DNA from: an uncultured Nitrososphaerota archaeon | GTDB lineage: Archaea; Thermoproteota; EX4484-205; JAAOZP01 | Assembly (NCBI GenBank): GCA_964616835.1 | Contig: CAZTSG010000002.1 | Span: 1,900-65,899, forward strand | Direction of reading: 5' to 3' | DNA length: 64,000 nt | Shown: piece after piece, positions 47,325 through 57,364 of the stretch | Layout of the letters: the number at the start of each line of letters is the position of its first letter | How positions within the stretch are numbered: position 1 is the stretch's first letter | Program-made: the position numbers and the translations under genes | Notes under the pieces: generated by a model | Told to the model about the DNA's origin: nothing | Databases searched by the model: none | Seen by the model: the letters and a program-made list of their open reading frames with translations, nothing else

Positions 47325-47475
47325 AAGTTATAATTTCTTCACTCTAGTCTTTCCAGACACAGTTTTTTCTCATGTGAGAAATAAAAACCTTTTTAAAAAT
47401 CAACATGGTTCGCAAGTAGGTTAAATACTAGAAGAAAACTTTATAATCCCCATATTAACGAGGGTATGGCTAAAA

Positions 47476-47661
47476 ATGGGATTCTTCAAAAAGAAGAAGG
47501 AGAAGACGAAAGCTGAGAGAATCGCTGAAATCCTGATAGATAGGATTGGAAAGGAAAGGGTGGATGATGAGGCCACTAAGCTCTATTTCCAGGGAATCCG
47601 GGATTTCGAAGAGCAGATGGAGATACTGGCAAAGAAGTATAACGTGGAAGTCGACGGATAG
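47476..47661 (+). CDS. Small Lys/Glu-rich hypothetical protein (61 aa)
   Basis: Intergenic placement, purine-rich GAGGGT 8 nt upstream of an alternative ATG, coding-like composition; no homology recognised. Confidence 0.3.
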   Translation: MGFFKKKKEKTKAERIAEILIDRIGKERVDDEATKLYFQGIRDFEEQMEILAKKYNVEVDG

Positions 47662-47818
47662 CCGAAGCCTCTTTTAAAAAATTATAGTTTTTAAAATTCT
47701 TAAAATAAATCGAAGGAACCATGCTTTTAGAATTAAACCGTGTTAAAATTTATTGGAACCAGATTTAAGATCCCGTTGAACAGCCTAGTTAAAGAAGTCT
47801 ACTTTAATATCTGCGATT

Positions 47819-50800
47819 TTAAGGAGCTCCCATTATCCTCTTCTTATCTTTAACCCATTGCATGAGTATCCAATGTACAAAGTCTACAGTCCTATCTATA
47901 ACCATTTCAGGAAGCCCTGGAGACACTGGTTCTGATACGAGCCTAATACGGTAATACTCTTCACTCGGCGCCTTCGTCATGACAAGGCTGTTTTTAGTTC
48001 CTCTCTCCTGTCCCTTCGCTATGAAATAGTATTTGAATTTAACTATCTTCGTCAACCCGCTCACAGGGTCCTCGGTCTCAGGCAAGTCTTCAATATCTTC
48101 AACCCTTTCCATACGCCCTCCTCTCAATTGTTTTAAATAGTCTAGGAGAAAGCCCGTGAAGAACTCCTTCTCGTTGAGGAAAATCTTCACCGGCATGCTT
48201 ATTTCCCTAGCTCTATAAACCTTGAATATCTTCTCCCTGCGCTCCTTCTTCTCTTCCGTCGGTCTCTTAACTCTCTTTATCATCGACGGGGTATACGCGC
48301 GAATAGCCATTCCTGTGGGCCTTATGGCGGAGATTATTGATACAACTACTGCAAGTGAGAAACCCAAGGCACTCCACCACCATTCAAGCTTTTCCCTAAC
48401 CATGAGGTTTTCAACAAGCCTTTGACCAAGCAGGACGAGAACCCTGTAGAAGCCCAGTCCAGCCAAGTAGCCGATGCTTCCCCCAACCATCCCCAGAACT
48501 ATAGCCTCGGCTAAGAACATTAATCCTACGTGTGTCGGGTTTAATCCGAGCGTTATTAACGTCTTTATCTCTCCTCCACGCTCGTAAACGCTGTTAGCCA
48601 TAACCATACCTACGCTTAAAACCACTATCACTAGGGGAATCAGTAACTCCGCAGTACCGTCAAACCTAATGTATGAACCAATGTAATAATAATTCACAAC
48701 ACCTTTAGAGGAGATGAAAACATCGTAATTGAAGAAGGATATTATGCTTCTAACAGCAGTCTCAACGTCTTCCTCATCCAATCTGAATAGGATTTCAGAC
48801 GGCACTAGGAAACGCGGAGCATTTCTACCGTAGAAATCGTTAATCTCCTTCTGAATCTTCTCAGCCGTCTCAATATTGATAATCAGTGTTTCTGAGGCGT
48901 TGCATCTCCTCGGGGAACCGTCTTGGAGGAGGCGAGCCGGACCGAAAAGATTACCGTCGACGTCAGTTAACTCCTCATATTCCTCATCGTTAATGAAGCC
49001 GTTGATCACAATGCTTTTGCTTATGGCAGTACCTAGGATTTCTAAAGTCATGTTGCTACCTGGTCTCAGCCCTAGTTTCCTCGACAAGCCTACACTTACG
49101 AGCGCCTCGCCATACTTGTTTTCGCTTAAGTAGTTGCCTTCAACAATACTGTTAAGATTTGTATAAAGAGACTCTTTCTCTGGAGATACGGCGACCACGC
49201 CAAAAATAGGATAGCTGTCTCCAGTAGCAGGATTAACAATTCTGGCGACAGGACCATATTTAGGAATACTCTTCATCCTCAAAGCAACATTGCTCACACG
49301 AACTATCTTTGAAAGCATTGTAGCATCATCCATCCCTAGGGGAGAGAACATCAGCGAGGAACCGTTAATCATACGTCTTACAATAACACCCTCTGAAGAC
49401 GGAATCGCGTTCATCTTGAAGGAAACTATTCCGAATGCTGTTCCAAATGTTGTAAATGCTGTGAAGGCTAAGACAAGCATGCATATGGAGAATATCGTGA
49501 AGAAGCCCCGTATCTTCTTGCGTCTTATTTGACGCTTGCTCATGGAGAATATTATTGAAAGAGCGCTTCTCCACGAGACCTCTCCTTCCACTGCCCTCTC
49601 TTTCCAAACACGCGGTATGCCGAAAACTATGGCGGAAACTCCTGCGAGAGAGGCAACCGCGGACCCGATGAAAAGCAGGGAATTCTCGTAAATTATCACG
49701 CGAGTACCCGGGTTGATAAAGTATAAGCTGCATAATATGAGTATGTAGAAAATGGCTAGAGAGACAGCCTTTTTCTTCTCGTTCTCGAAGAAAAAGAAGG
49801 AAAGCACGACGCTGAACACAGCCACTACTGCTGAGAGGTAGACAGCATGCGTCTTTCCTACGGAGTACTTGTCTTGCACTATTCTAGTCACTAGATTTAT
49901 TTCACCCAGCACTTCGCGAAGCGTAAGCCATATTTTGTCAAAGTCGTCATCCGTCTTTGCGATGGGTAAAAGAGCACTAGCCTCCCCCAGTTTTTGATTT
50001 GCCCGTGCAAGCACGTTTCTCTCCTCAAAGACCATGAAGCCGATTCCTTGAGCTTCGTCGAGCATCGACGAGGCTTCCAAAAGCCTTGACTCAACGTATT
50101 TTAGCCCTCTTTCAAGACTGTATTGAGGTATCTTAACCGAGGTTGAACCCCCCTGCGGCATTAGGAAGGGGAAGGTACCGTTGCTGATGTAGAAAACCTC
50201 GGAAATCTCTGTTATAGACCATTTTTGGAGCGAGGCGATGGAAATAGTTGCTTCGAGGTCGAAGGGGATGCCAGCCGGTACAACAACAGTTTTCCTATCT
50301 AACCCTAAGTAGAAGACATCTATTGCATCGCCATACTCTTTTATAAACGGGATGTCAAAACCCTCTTTCTTAACTAGGATTTTAATCACCATATACCCCT
50401 CCCCAGGGCTTGCCGCCTGAACCAAGTAGGGAGAGCCCTCCAGCTTAACAACGGCCCCGGGGACCAGGAGTAAAGTAATGTCGAGTCTACCGGGTTTTTC
50501 AAAAAAGATCTCTTTCTTAACCGGGGCGAATTCCACCCTGTCTTTAAAATCGCCCTTATAAGCGTACAACCAGTATGTACGATCTTGTTTCAAATACCCT
50601 CCGGGAACTTCGCATTCCCCATTCTCATTCGTAAAATAAATGCCGGTACCCTTCTCCGGCTTTTTAAGAGTACGGAGGTCCCATATCACTATGGTTGCGT
50701 TTTGAACAGGCTGCTCAGTAAAAGCGTTTAAAACCCTAACATGCACTGATATCTCGGGAGAAGCGGACGCGACGGTTACTAACTTCGTCCCATGTGGAAT

Positions 50801-50953
50801 CGAATGATTCAAAAATATGGGAAGCTCTGTGAAGTCTAAAACTACTATAAGAAGCAGAAGCACGACTCTATTCCTGTTTTTCAGCATTGCTTTTTCCAAG
50901 GTGAGGCAAAGGGCAATGGAATATAAATTTTCCTGAGAAAGCGTGTGAAACAA
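47819..50953 (-). CDS. Large (1044 aa) multi-domain membrane protein: signal/TM, carboxypeptidase-regulatory-like beta-sandwich, MacB/FtsX-like periplasmic core + 4-TM permease module, about 200-aa cytoplasmic C-terminal domain; no cognate ABC ATPase adjacent
   Basis: ISVHVRVLNAFTEQPVQNATIVIWDL...YFTNENGECEV (CarbopepD_reg-like); ...GEALVSVGLSRKLGL... and ...ITLGLNPTHVGLMFLAEAIVLGMVGGSIGYLAGLGFY (FtsX TM3-4 signature). Confidence 0.65.
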   Translation of the reverse strand: MFHTLSQENLYSIALCLTLEKAMLKNRNRVVLLLLIVVLDFTELPIFLNHSIPHGTKLVTVASASPEISVHVRVLNAFTEQPVQNATIVIWDLRTLKKPEKGTGIYFTNENGECEVPGGYLKQDRTYWLYAYKGDFKDRVEFAPVKKEIFFEKPGRLDITLLLVPGAVVKLEGSPYLVQAASPGEGYMVIKILVKKEGFDIPFIKEYGDAIDVFYLGLDRKTVVVPAGIPFDLEATISIASLQKWSITEISEVFYISNGTFPFLMPQGGSTSVKIPQYSLERGLKYVESRLLEASSMLDEAQGIGFMVFEERNVLARANQKLGEASALLPIAKTDDDFDKIWLTLREVLGEINLVTRIVQDKYSVGKTHAVYLSAVVAVFSVVLSFFFFENEKKKAVSLAIFYILILCSLYFINPGTRVIIYENSLLFIGSAVASLAGVSAIVFGIPRVWKERAVEGEVSWRSALSIIFSMSKRQIRRKKIRGFFTIFSICMLVLAFTAFTTFGTAFGIVSFKMNAIPSSEGVIVRRMINGSSLMFSPLGMDDATMLSKIVRVSNVALRMKSIPKYGPVARIVNPATGDSYPIFGVVAVSPEKESLYTNLNSIVEGNYLSENKYGEALVSVGLSRKLGLRPGSNMTLEILGTAISKSIVINGFINDEEYEELTDVDGNLFGPARLLQDGSPRRCNASETLIINIETAEKIQKEINDFYGRNAPRFLVPSEILFRLDEEDVETAVRSIISFFNYDVFISSKGVVNYYYIGSYIRFDGTAELLIPLVIVVLSVGMVMANSVYERGGEIKTLITLGLNPTHVGLMFLAEAIVLGMVGGSIGYLAGLGFYRVLVLLGQRLVENLMVREKLEWWWSALGFSLAVVVSIISAIRPTGMAIRAYTPSMIKRVKRPTEEKKERREKIFKVYRAREISMPVKIFLNEKEFFTGFLLDYLKQLRGGRMERVEDIEDLPETEDPVSGLTKIVKFKYYFIAKGQERGTKNSLVMTKAPSEEYYRIRLVSEPVSPGLPEMVIDRTVDFVHWILMQWVKDKKRIMGAP

Positions 50954-51016
50954 ACCCCTTATGGTTTTAGCAGATCACAATAGTTGCATACGAGTTGAAT
51001 GAGAAACTTATTATAG

Positions 51017-52117
51017 ATGTTTAAGCGTTACAATGCTATGAAGGCGGTTGTTCTCCGAGGCCCTTTCAGGTTTGAAATGGTAGAGCTTCCGAGACCAGTC
51101 CCTAGGGAGGATGAGGTTTTGATACGTGTTAAAGCAGTCGGTATCTGTGGGAGCGATGTAAGGTATTTCTTAGGCGAAAACCCATGGGCGCTTCATACGC
51201 TGGGAAGAGATCTTAAGGAGACTAAGAGCTTCATACTCGGCCACGAAGTCTCTGGGGAAATAGTTGAAACAGGGAAATGGGTGAAGAGTAGCAGGGTTTC
51301 CGAGAGGGTGGGGGTACTGGCTTTCAAAGGATGTGAAGAATGCTACTATTGTAAAAGAGGGTTTCAAAACCTGTGCGAGCACACGCTACATATTGGGCAT
51401 GACGGAAGGTGGGGAGATGTTGATTATCCGCCGGGAGGATATGCAGAGTACATGCAGATATGGGCGAATAATGCTTACAGGCTTCCGGATAATGTATCCT
51501 ATGAAGAAGCCACCCAGCTAGATGGTCTAGCAGTAGCAATCCATGCGAACAATAGAGCAGGCGTCTCCCCGACTGAAAACGTTGTTACAATAGGGTGCGG
51601 AGCAATAGGCCTCATGGTTTCTCAAGTCGCGAGGATCAGAGGAGCTTCGAAAATCATAGCTTTAGACACGCGGGATAAGCCTTTAGAGAAGGCGGAGGCT
51701 CTTGGAGTAGATCATGTCATAAACGTTAAGAAAAACAAAAACTTTGTAGACGAAGTTTTGAAGTTAACTCAAGGAATCGGCGCAAACGTGGTTTTCGACA
51801 CTGTTGGAAGCAATGAGACAGTGAAAGCAGGCTTGAGCATGCTTGCAAGAATGGGTCGGCTTATAATGCTTGCAGTAACGCCTGTGAAAATAGAGTTAAA
51901 TCTTACGGACCTAGTTGGAGGAGAGAGGGTTCTTACGTGTTCGGCCAATCATCTCTATGAGGATTACGTGGTTGGAGTAGAATTACTAGCTAGCGGAAAA
52001 GTCAAGGTGAAGCCTTTCATCACTCATATCATGAAGCTAGAAGAATATAAGGAGGCGTTCAACATGCTCCTCCATAAGGAGGATTATGATGTCATAAAAA
52101 TCGTTCTGAAGCCGTGA
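51017..52117 (+). CDS. Zn-dependent alcohol/polyol dehydrogenase (MDR family)
   Basis: GICGSDVRY, GHEVSGEIVE, second Zn site CEECYYCKRGFQNLC, GCGAIGLMV Rossmann motif. Confidence 0.85.
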   Translation: MFKRYNAMKAVVLRGPFRFEMVELPRPVPREDEVLIRVKAVGICGSDVRYFLGENPWALHTLGRDLKETKSFILGHEVSGEIVETGKWVKSSRVSERVGVLAFKGCEECYYCKRGFQNLCEHTLHIGHDGRWGDVDYPPGGYAEYMQIWANNAYRLPDNVSYEEATQLDGLAVAIHANNRAGVSPTENVVTIGCGAIGLMVSQVARIRGASKIIALDTRDKPLEKAEALGVDHVINVKKNKNFVDEVLKLTQGIGANVVFDTVGSNETVKAGLSMLARMGRLIMLAVTPVKIELNLTDLVGGERVLTCSANHLYEDYVVGVELLASGKVKVKPFITHIMKLEEYKEAFNMLLHKEDYDVIKIVLKP

Positions 52118-52192
52118 GGGATCTCGTTGTTTAAATTAATATTTCTAAAGCGGAGGTAAAAGATATATGGTTTAATCTAAAAACAATGTAAG

Positions 52193-52991
52193 ATGGATGT
52201 GTTAACAATCGGCGAGACGATTGTAGAGTTTATAAGAAGAAGGAGAAACCAGCCTCACCATGAAACTGGAGAATACGCGGGGCCTTTTCCCAGCGGTGCT
52301 CCGGCAATATTCATAGATACTGCCTCCAGGCTTGGTTTAAAAGCAGCCATAATCGGTGGGATTGGGGATGATGATTTCGGGAAAGTTTTGAAACAGGCTC
52401 GTCAACGATAGAATTAACGTCAAGTACCTTTTTACTAGAGAAGGCTATACAACCGGTATCGCTTTTGTCACCTATTATTCTGATGGGAGTAGGAGATTTG
52501 TTTTCTACTTGAAGTATTCCGCAGCTGCTCAAATAAAGCCCAACGATGTGGATGAAGATTTTGTGAAATCTTTTAAGGTGCTTCACATAATGGGATCAAC
52601 TCTTTCAATCGGAGAAGCTGTTAGAGAAGCTTGCTATAAAGCTGTTAAAATAGCAAGCCGGTTTGGAATAATTGTTACATATGACCCCAATCTCAGGAGA
52701 GAGTTAATAAGCCCGAGGACGATAAGAAAATTATCTGAACCCGTTTTGAAAACTGCTGAAATAATTATGCCTTCTCAAAAAGAGTTTTTCGACTTGACGG
52801 GTAAGAACAATATTAGGGAATCATTGGAGATTCTTAAAAAAGGAGCAAGTCTCCTAGCGGTGAAGATAGGGAACAAGGGTTCCCTAGGGGTGACTGAGCA
52901 GGAAGTTGTTTCAGAGCCTGCTTACATTGTTCGTGAAGTTGACCCTACTGGAGCGGGAGATGCTTTTGACGCGGCAATAGTAAAACCTTAA
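52193..52991 (+). pseudogene. PfkB-family sugar kinase (ribokinase/KDG-kinase-like) disrupted by a frameshift near 52408-52415 and lacking the last about 40 residues
   Basis: N-part MDVLTIGETIVEF...GGAPAIFIDTASRLG...GKVLKQARQR*; continues in +1 frame LVNDRINVKYLF...GIAFVTY... to DPTGAGDAFDAAIVKP*. The GAGD anion-hole motif is present but the C-terminal segment is absent. Confidence 0.7.
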
Positions 52992-53002
52992 AAATACGAG
53001 AA

Positions 53003-54022
53003 CTACGGCTTGATGAGAGCTTTTATCCCCTTCTTCTTTTCAGCCAGCTCTTTAAAAACTTCAGGGGCCTCTTTAAGAGTGTGAATATGAGACACTATTG
53101 GCCTGAGCCTCAGATTCCCTGAAGAAGCCAGTTCAACCGCTCTTTGAAAAGTATATGGACTCCTATAGGATGCGAATATTGAAACCTCCTTATCGTAGAG
53201 CTCAAACGGTTTAACGCGCCAAACGTCATGCTCAGGAGCAACCCCAAATATTAGCAATCTACCCCCTCTTCTAACAAGTCTAAAAGCAACCTCTATCGCC
53301 GAAGAGCTTCCCACGCACTCGATTGAAATATCCGTACCAATGTTGTCTGTTGCTTCACGTATTGCTTTCTCCGGATCTTGTTGCGTAGAGTTTATAGTCA
53401 GAGTCGCTCCAAGCTCGCGAGCAAGCCTAAGCCTGTCCTCAATAATGTCAATTGCAAAAATCTTGGATGCGCCATAATGCTTAACCACTTGTATCATAAG
53501 CAGGCCGATCGGCCCAGTGCCGACGATTGCAACACTGCTTCCAACAGGTATTCCAACATTGTCAACACCCCTTATTATACAGGCAAGGGGCTCGATTAAA
53601 GCAGCCTCCTCCAGAGGCATTTCGCCCGGTATCCTGTATACGTTTTGCTCCGGAACTTTAACATACTCTGCAAAGGCACCGTCAACCGTCACACCTATTG
53701 TCTGAATGTTCTCGCAAAAGAAGTTTCTCTCACTCATCCTACAATACTTGCATTTTCCACACAGTATGTTCGGCTCTGCAACCACATGGTCTCCAACTTC
53801 TATCCCTCTTACTTTAGAGCCTACTTTTGCAACAACTCCAGAAAACTCGTGTCCCAAGACTATAGGCGTCTTCACCTTCCACTCTCCCTTAAAGAAATGC
53901 ATGTCTGTACCGCATACTCCACATGCTCCGACTCTGATAAGAACCTCGCCATCACCTATTTCAGGCACATCCTTATCAATTATTCTAAGGTCCCCAACCC
54001 CAAATAATGACGCAGCCTTCAT
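53003..54022 (-). CDS. Zn-dependent alcohol/polyol dehydrogenase (MDR family; L-threonine/sorbitol dehydrogenase-like)
   Basis: GACGVCGTDMHF, GHEFSGVV, CGKCKYCRMSERNFC, GTGPIGLL. Confidence 0.85.
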   Translation of the reverse strand: MKAASLFGVGDLRIIDKDVPEIGDGEVLIRVGACGVCGTDMHFFKGEWKVKTPIVLGHEFSGVVAKVGSKVRGIEVGDHVVAEPNILCGKCKYCRMSERNFFCENIQTIGVTVDGAFAEYVKVPEQNVYRIPGEMPLEEAALIEPLACIIRGVDNVGIPVGSSVAIVGTGPIGLLMIQVVKHYGASKIFAIDIIEDRLRLARELGATLTINSTQQDPEKAIREATDNIGTDISIECVGSSSAIEVAFRLVRRGGRLLIFGVAPEHDVWRVKPFELYDKEVSIFASYRSPYTFQRAVELASSGNLRLRPIVSHIHTLKEAPEVFKELAEKKKGIKALIKP

Positions 54023-54124
54023 AATGATTTCCTATAGCTTCTCTCATATAAGGATTCTGAAAAAGCTGGCAAACACAACGTCTCGCCTAAAGATGTGACA
54101 AGTATCTGTATCCCATGCTTCTAC

Positions 54125-54146
54125 CATTTTTAGAAAGGCTTATAAT
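54125..54146 (+). promoter_or_regulatory. Candidate promoter for the GH1 gene: TTTTTAGAAAGGCTTATAATTA (BRE/TATA-like) 22-43 nt upstream of ATG 54168
   Basis: Sequence and spacing only. Confidence 0.25.
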
Positions 54147-54167
54147 TATGAATTCGAAAAGAACCTT

Positions 54168-55655
54168 ATGAACGGGTTTCCAAAACGCTTCTTATGGGGA
54201 ATATCTATGGCTGCTTTTCAGTATGAAATGGGGTTTTCTCAAAACGCTCTAGACCCTAACAGCGACTGGTACGTGTGGGTTCACGACACTAAGAACATAG
54301 AGTCTAAAATAGTCAGCGGAGACTTTCCGGAGCATGGGCCTGGCTACTGGGATCTCTACAAGAAGGATCACGACTGGGCGGAGTGGATGGGGCTTAATAC
54401 TTGGCGTATGAACCCTGAGTGGAGCAGGATTTTCCCCAAGCCGACGACTAGCGTCAGAGTCTCCGTAGACCATGACGATGAGGGAATAAAGGGTATTGAA
54501 GTCAGCGTATCTGCTTTAAGAAAGCTCGACGAATTGGCTAATAAGAGCGCAGTGAAGCGCTATAGGGAGATTTTCAGAGACATAAAGTCAAGAGGGATGA
54601 AGCTAATACTTAACCTCTACCACTGGCCCTTGCCCACATGGGTTCATGATCCAATACGGGCTAGGGACACTGGTCTTAGAGAAGGCCCCCGGGGATGGGT
54701 TGACGACGAGACCGTTATAGAATTCGCTAAATTCGTCGCATACGTAGCATGGGAGTTTCCAGATATCCCGGATATGTGGAGCACGATGAACGAGCCTAGC
54801 AACGTCTGGTCACTAGGATACTTGGGGGGAAGCTTCCCGCCCGGATTGATGGATCTCAGGGCAGCGGAGAGGGCAGCGTTCAACATGGTTCAAGCCCATG
54901 CGAGAGCATACGATCAGATAAAGAGGATCGTGGGTAAAAACGCGAAGATAGGTGTGATATACATAGTCTCCCCCGGGGAGCCTCTTACCGACTCGGAGAA
55001 AGATAGAGAGGCTGTGAAGCTCTACCATGAAGCATCAGTAGAATGGTTTTTCAAGGCTATACTTCAGGGAACCGTGAAGAGAAATCTTGAAGGCGGAGAG
55101 ATTAATAGGAAGGATATGAGGAATAAGGCTGACTGGATAGGTGTCAACTATTATACTAGGAATGTTATAAAGCATATTGACAGGCCGCCGTATTTCCAGG
55201 GTGAGGTGGACTACGGCTTCTCCTGTAAGCCAAGCTCTAAGTCAGCGGCGGGAAGGCCCACTAGCGAGTTCGGGTGGGAAATATATCCTGAGGGTATGAG
55301 GAAGGCGTTAAACATTTGCGGAAAATACGGGAAGCCCCTTATAGTTACGGAGAACGGGATTGCCGATATTAAAGATAAGCATAGGCCATGGTATCTAGTC
55401 TCCCACCTCTACAATGTTTGGCTTGCGATTAAGGAGGATAAGCTGAACATTATAGGGTACCTCCACTGGAGCCTCATTGACAATTTTGAATGGGCAATGG
55501 GTTTCAGCAAGCGTTTCGGCCTGATACATGTCGACATTAATACTAAGAAGAGAACCCCAAGGCCAAGCGCCTACATTTACAGGGATATCATTGAGAATAA
55601 TGCTTTATCCGAGTACTTGGAGGAGTACTCGAAGTATCCCAACGTGTTTTGTTAA
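54168..55655 (+). CDS. Glycoside hydrolase family 1 beta-glycosidase (archaeal LacS/CelB type beta-glucosidase/beta-galactosidase)
   Basis: N-terminal FPKRFLWGISMAAFQYEMG...DPNSDWYVWVHD (compare S. solfataricus LacS FPNSFRFGWSQAGFQSEMG...DPNTDWYKWVHD), acid/base TMNEPS, nucleophile IVTENGIAD. Confidence 0.9.
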   Translation: MNGFPKRFLWGISMAAFQYEMGFSQNALDPNSDWYVWVHDTKNIESKIVSGDFPEHGPGYWDLYKKDHDWAEWMGLNTWRMNPEWSRIFPKPTTSVRVSVDHDDEGIKGIEVSVSALRKLDELANKSAVKRYREIFRDIKSRGMKLILNLYHWPLPTWVHDPIRARDTGLREGPRGWVDDETVIEFAKFVAYVAWEFPDIPDMWSTMNEPSNVWSLGYLGGSFPPGLMDLRAAERAAFNMVQAHARAYDQIKRIVGKNAKIGVIYIVSPGEPLTDSEKDREAVKLYHEASVEWFFKAILQGTVKRNLEGGEINRKDMRNKADWIGVNYYTRNVIKHIDRPPYFQGEVDYGFSCKPSSKSAAGRPTSEFGWEIYPEGMRKALNICGKYGKPLIVTENGIADIKDKHRPWYLVSHLYNVWLAIKEDKLNIIGYLHWSLIDNFEWAMGFSKRFGLIHVDINTKKRTPRPSAYIYRDIIENNALSEYLEEYSKYPNVFC

Positions 55656-55657
55656 AC

Positions 55658-56212
55658 TCAACAGGTCTCTGAAGACACTCTTAAAAGCCAGACCGTAGCC
55701 ATGAGGGATGTTAGAGTCTCCTGTATTGCCACCCCTTTCCAGCCCCATTCAACCATCCAAATAATTGCCGAGGCAATGCTTAAAGCTATGGAGAGGACTC
55801 CAGTAACGTAGTTTTTCAAGGCCAGAGAGCAGAAAAAGTATACGAGCATTACGATTATCATCATGGTGAAGAATATTACGGAAACCAATCCATGTACTCT
55901 CCCAGCATCCTCCGGGAAGACGCCGATGAGAGCAAGGTCTATGCCGGTCAGCGTAAGCAGAAGAGACCAAGACGAATACTTCCATGAACGACGCTTCAAA
56001 AAAGTCAATAACGCGAAAAAGGCTACTAAGAACCCTGAGAGAACTAGCCCAGTGTTGTACAGGTGTGCAACCGGGGCATTTCGAGCAATATTGCCTAGGT
56101 CGCTCAAAGCATTGTCGTAGAAATTGAACCAAGGCGTTAGAATGATTGAAACAGCTATAAAAGGATATGCTAAAACCGCGCCCAAGACCCCTATGAGCCT
56201 ATAGTATTTCAT
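55658..56212 (-). CDS. Membrane protein, DUF998-like (6 TM)
   Basis: Hydrophobicity pattern and N-terminal conserved-looking region; weak family assignment. Confidence 0.4.
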   Translation of the reverse strand: MKYYRLIGVLGAVLAYPFIAVSIILTPWFNFYDNALSDLGNIARNAPVAHLYNTGLVLSGFLVAFFALLTFLKRRSWKYSSWSLLLTLTGIDLALIGVFPEDAGRVHGLVSVIFFTMMIIVMLVYFFCSLALKNYVTGVLSIALSIASAIIWMVEWGWKGVAIQETLTSLMATVWLLRVSSETC

Positions 56213-56375
56213 CGAACGTTATATGTTCACGCCCAGCTTTAAATTCTTTCCCTAGAAAGGGAATCTTCGAAAAGCCATTAAAAAACGATTAATACTAGCA
56301 GGCAACAACACACCCGGAAGAAGAAACATGTAAAAAAAGATAAGACGTGGATATCCAATATTTTTTCTAAACAGC

Positions 56376-56705
56376 CTACAGGAACCTCCTCCTTCTTAAT
56401 CCCACTATTATGGCTGCGATTACTATGACCGTGATTATAATAATGATGCTTATGTTTTTAAAATTAAGCTCTTCTCTCCAGACAGCCGTCAGCTTCATCG
56501 GCTTATTCACTATGAAAAGCTTGCCGAGTTTCACACCCTTATCGTTAATCCATCCTTCGAAAAGCCGGTTTGGGAATTGTCCTTCGAAAAACGTTGGCAT
56601 CACTGAGGCGTTTAGAAGAGTGTTTTCGACAACCCGTAGCTCGTAAGGAAGTTCATGTTCACACCCATTTATGACCACCTTATCAACCTTGATTGCACTG
56701 TCCAA
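56376..56705 (-). CDS. Mini surface-anchor protein: single InlB-B-repeat-like domain + C-terminal TM helix + RRRR (same module as the C-terminus of the 39790-41862 protein)
   Basis: ...LFEGWINDKGVKLGKLFIVNKPMKLTAVWREE...IIIIITVIVIAAIIVGLRRRRFL vs ...YVFEGWEGD...KKVLAKWRRDYTWVVLIAIILVVATIIAHYLKRRKREKKS. Confidence 0.45.
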   Translation of the reverse strand: MDSAIKVDKVVINGCEHELPYELRVVENTLLNASVMPTFFEGQFPNRLFEGWINDKGVKLGKLFIVNKPMKLTAVWREELNFKNISIIIIITVIVIAAIIVGLRRRRFL

Positions 56706-56863
56706 CGATGAAGATTTGCAACCTTAAATTAAAAATAGTTAAATGATGTGAAAATTACAACAATGATCATAAGAACCTTGTCAATAGCCATTAAGATTAT
56801 TCCTGCATCTCAACAACGTTTCTAAAGAAAGAAGAGGGGCTTCCAAGCAGTATCAAAGCGTGC

Positions 56864-57196
56864 TTAAAGTTTAGCATTCGAAGCTGTGTTTATGAGCCTT
56901 CTCCTTACGATTTCCTCTATTGATTCTTCTGGACTTTTGAGTCTGCTTAAACCTAGGAAATCAATGGCTTTCTTTATGCTTACTTTGATTCGGTTCTTGT
57001 CGTCTTCTCTGAATAGAGGTTTTTGTCCCGTGTCGACTATCTTTATTCTTGGTTGTATGGCATTATTCGTAAGCTTCATTACGGTTCTCTGGACTATTTG
57101 CGCTAGTTCTAGGATGGTTACGGGGTTTGGATAGTAAACGTTTACTATGTGGGTTAGGCTGTTTCCTCCTTTTTCGACCTCTCGTAGGCTTGGCAT
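56864..57196 (-). pseudogene. C-terminal fragment (about residues 215-303) of an NAD-dependent epimerase paralogous to 21277-22188
   Basis: ...THIVNVYYPNPVTILELAQIVQRTVMKL... aligns to ...EVLNIGSGNPVKIRDMALITMKLCG... of the intact paralog. Confidence 0.6.
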
Positions 57197-57364
57197 ATGT
57201 CTTCAATGTCAACATAAAGCATAGCTTATACATGCTGTGCTTGTACGGCGTTATTGTTTCACCTCTTCATGAGAATAGGGGTAGAAGATACGTGTTATAG
57301 TTCTCGATGCTTTAGCCCACGCGATAGTGAGGTCCGCCCGTCAGATTTTGAAAAATAGAGATAG

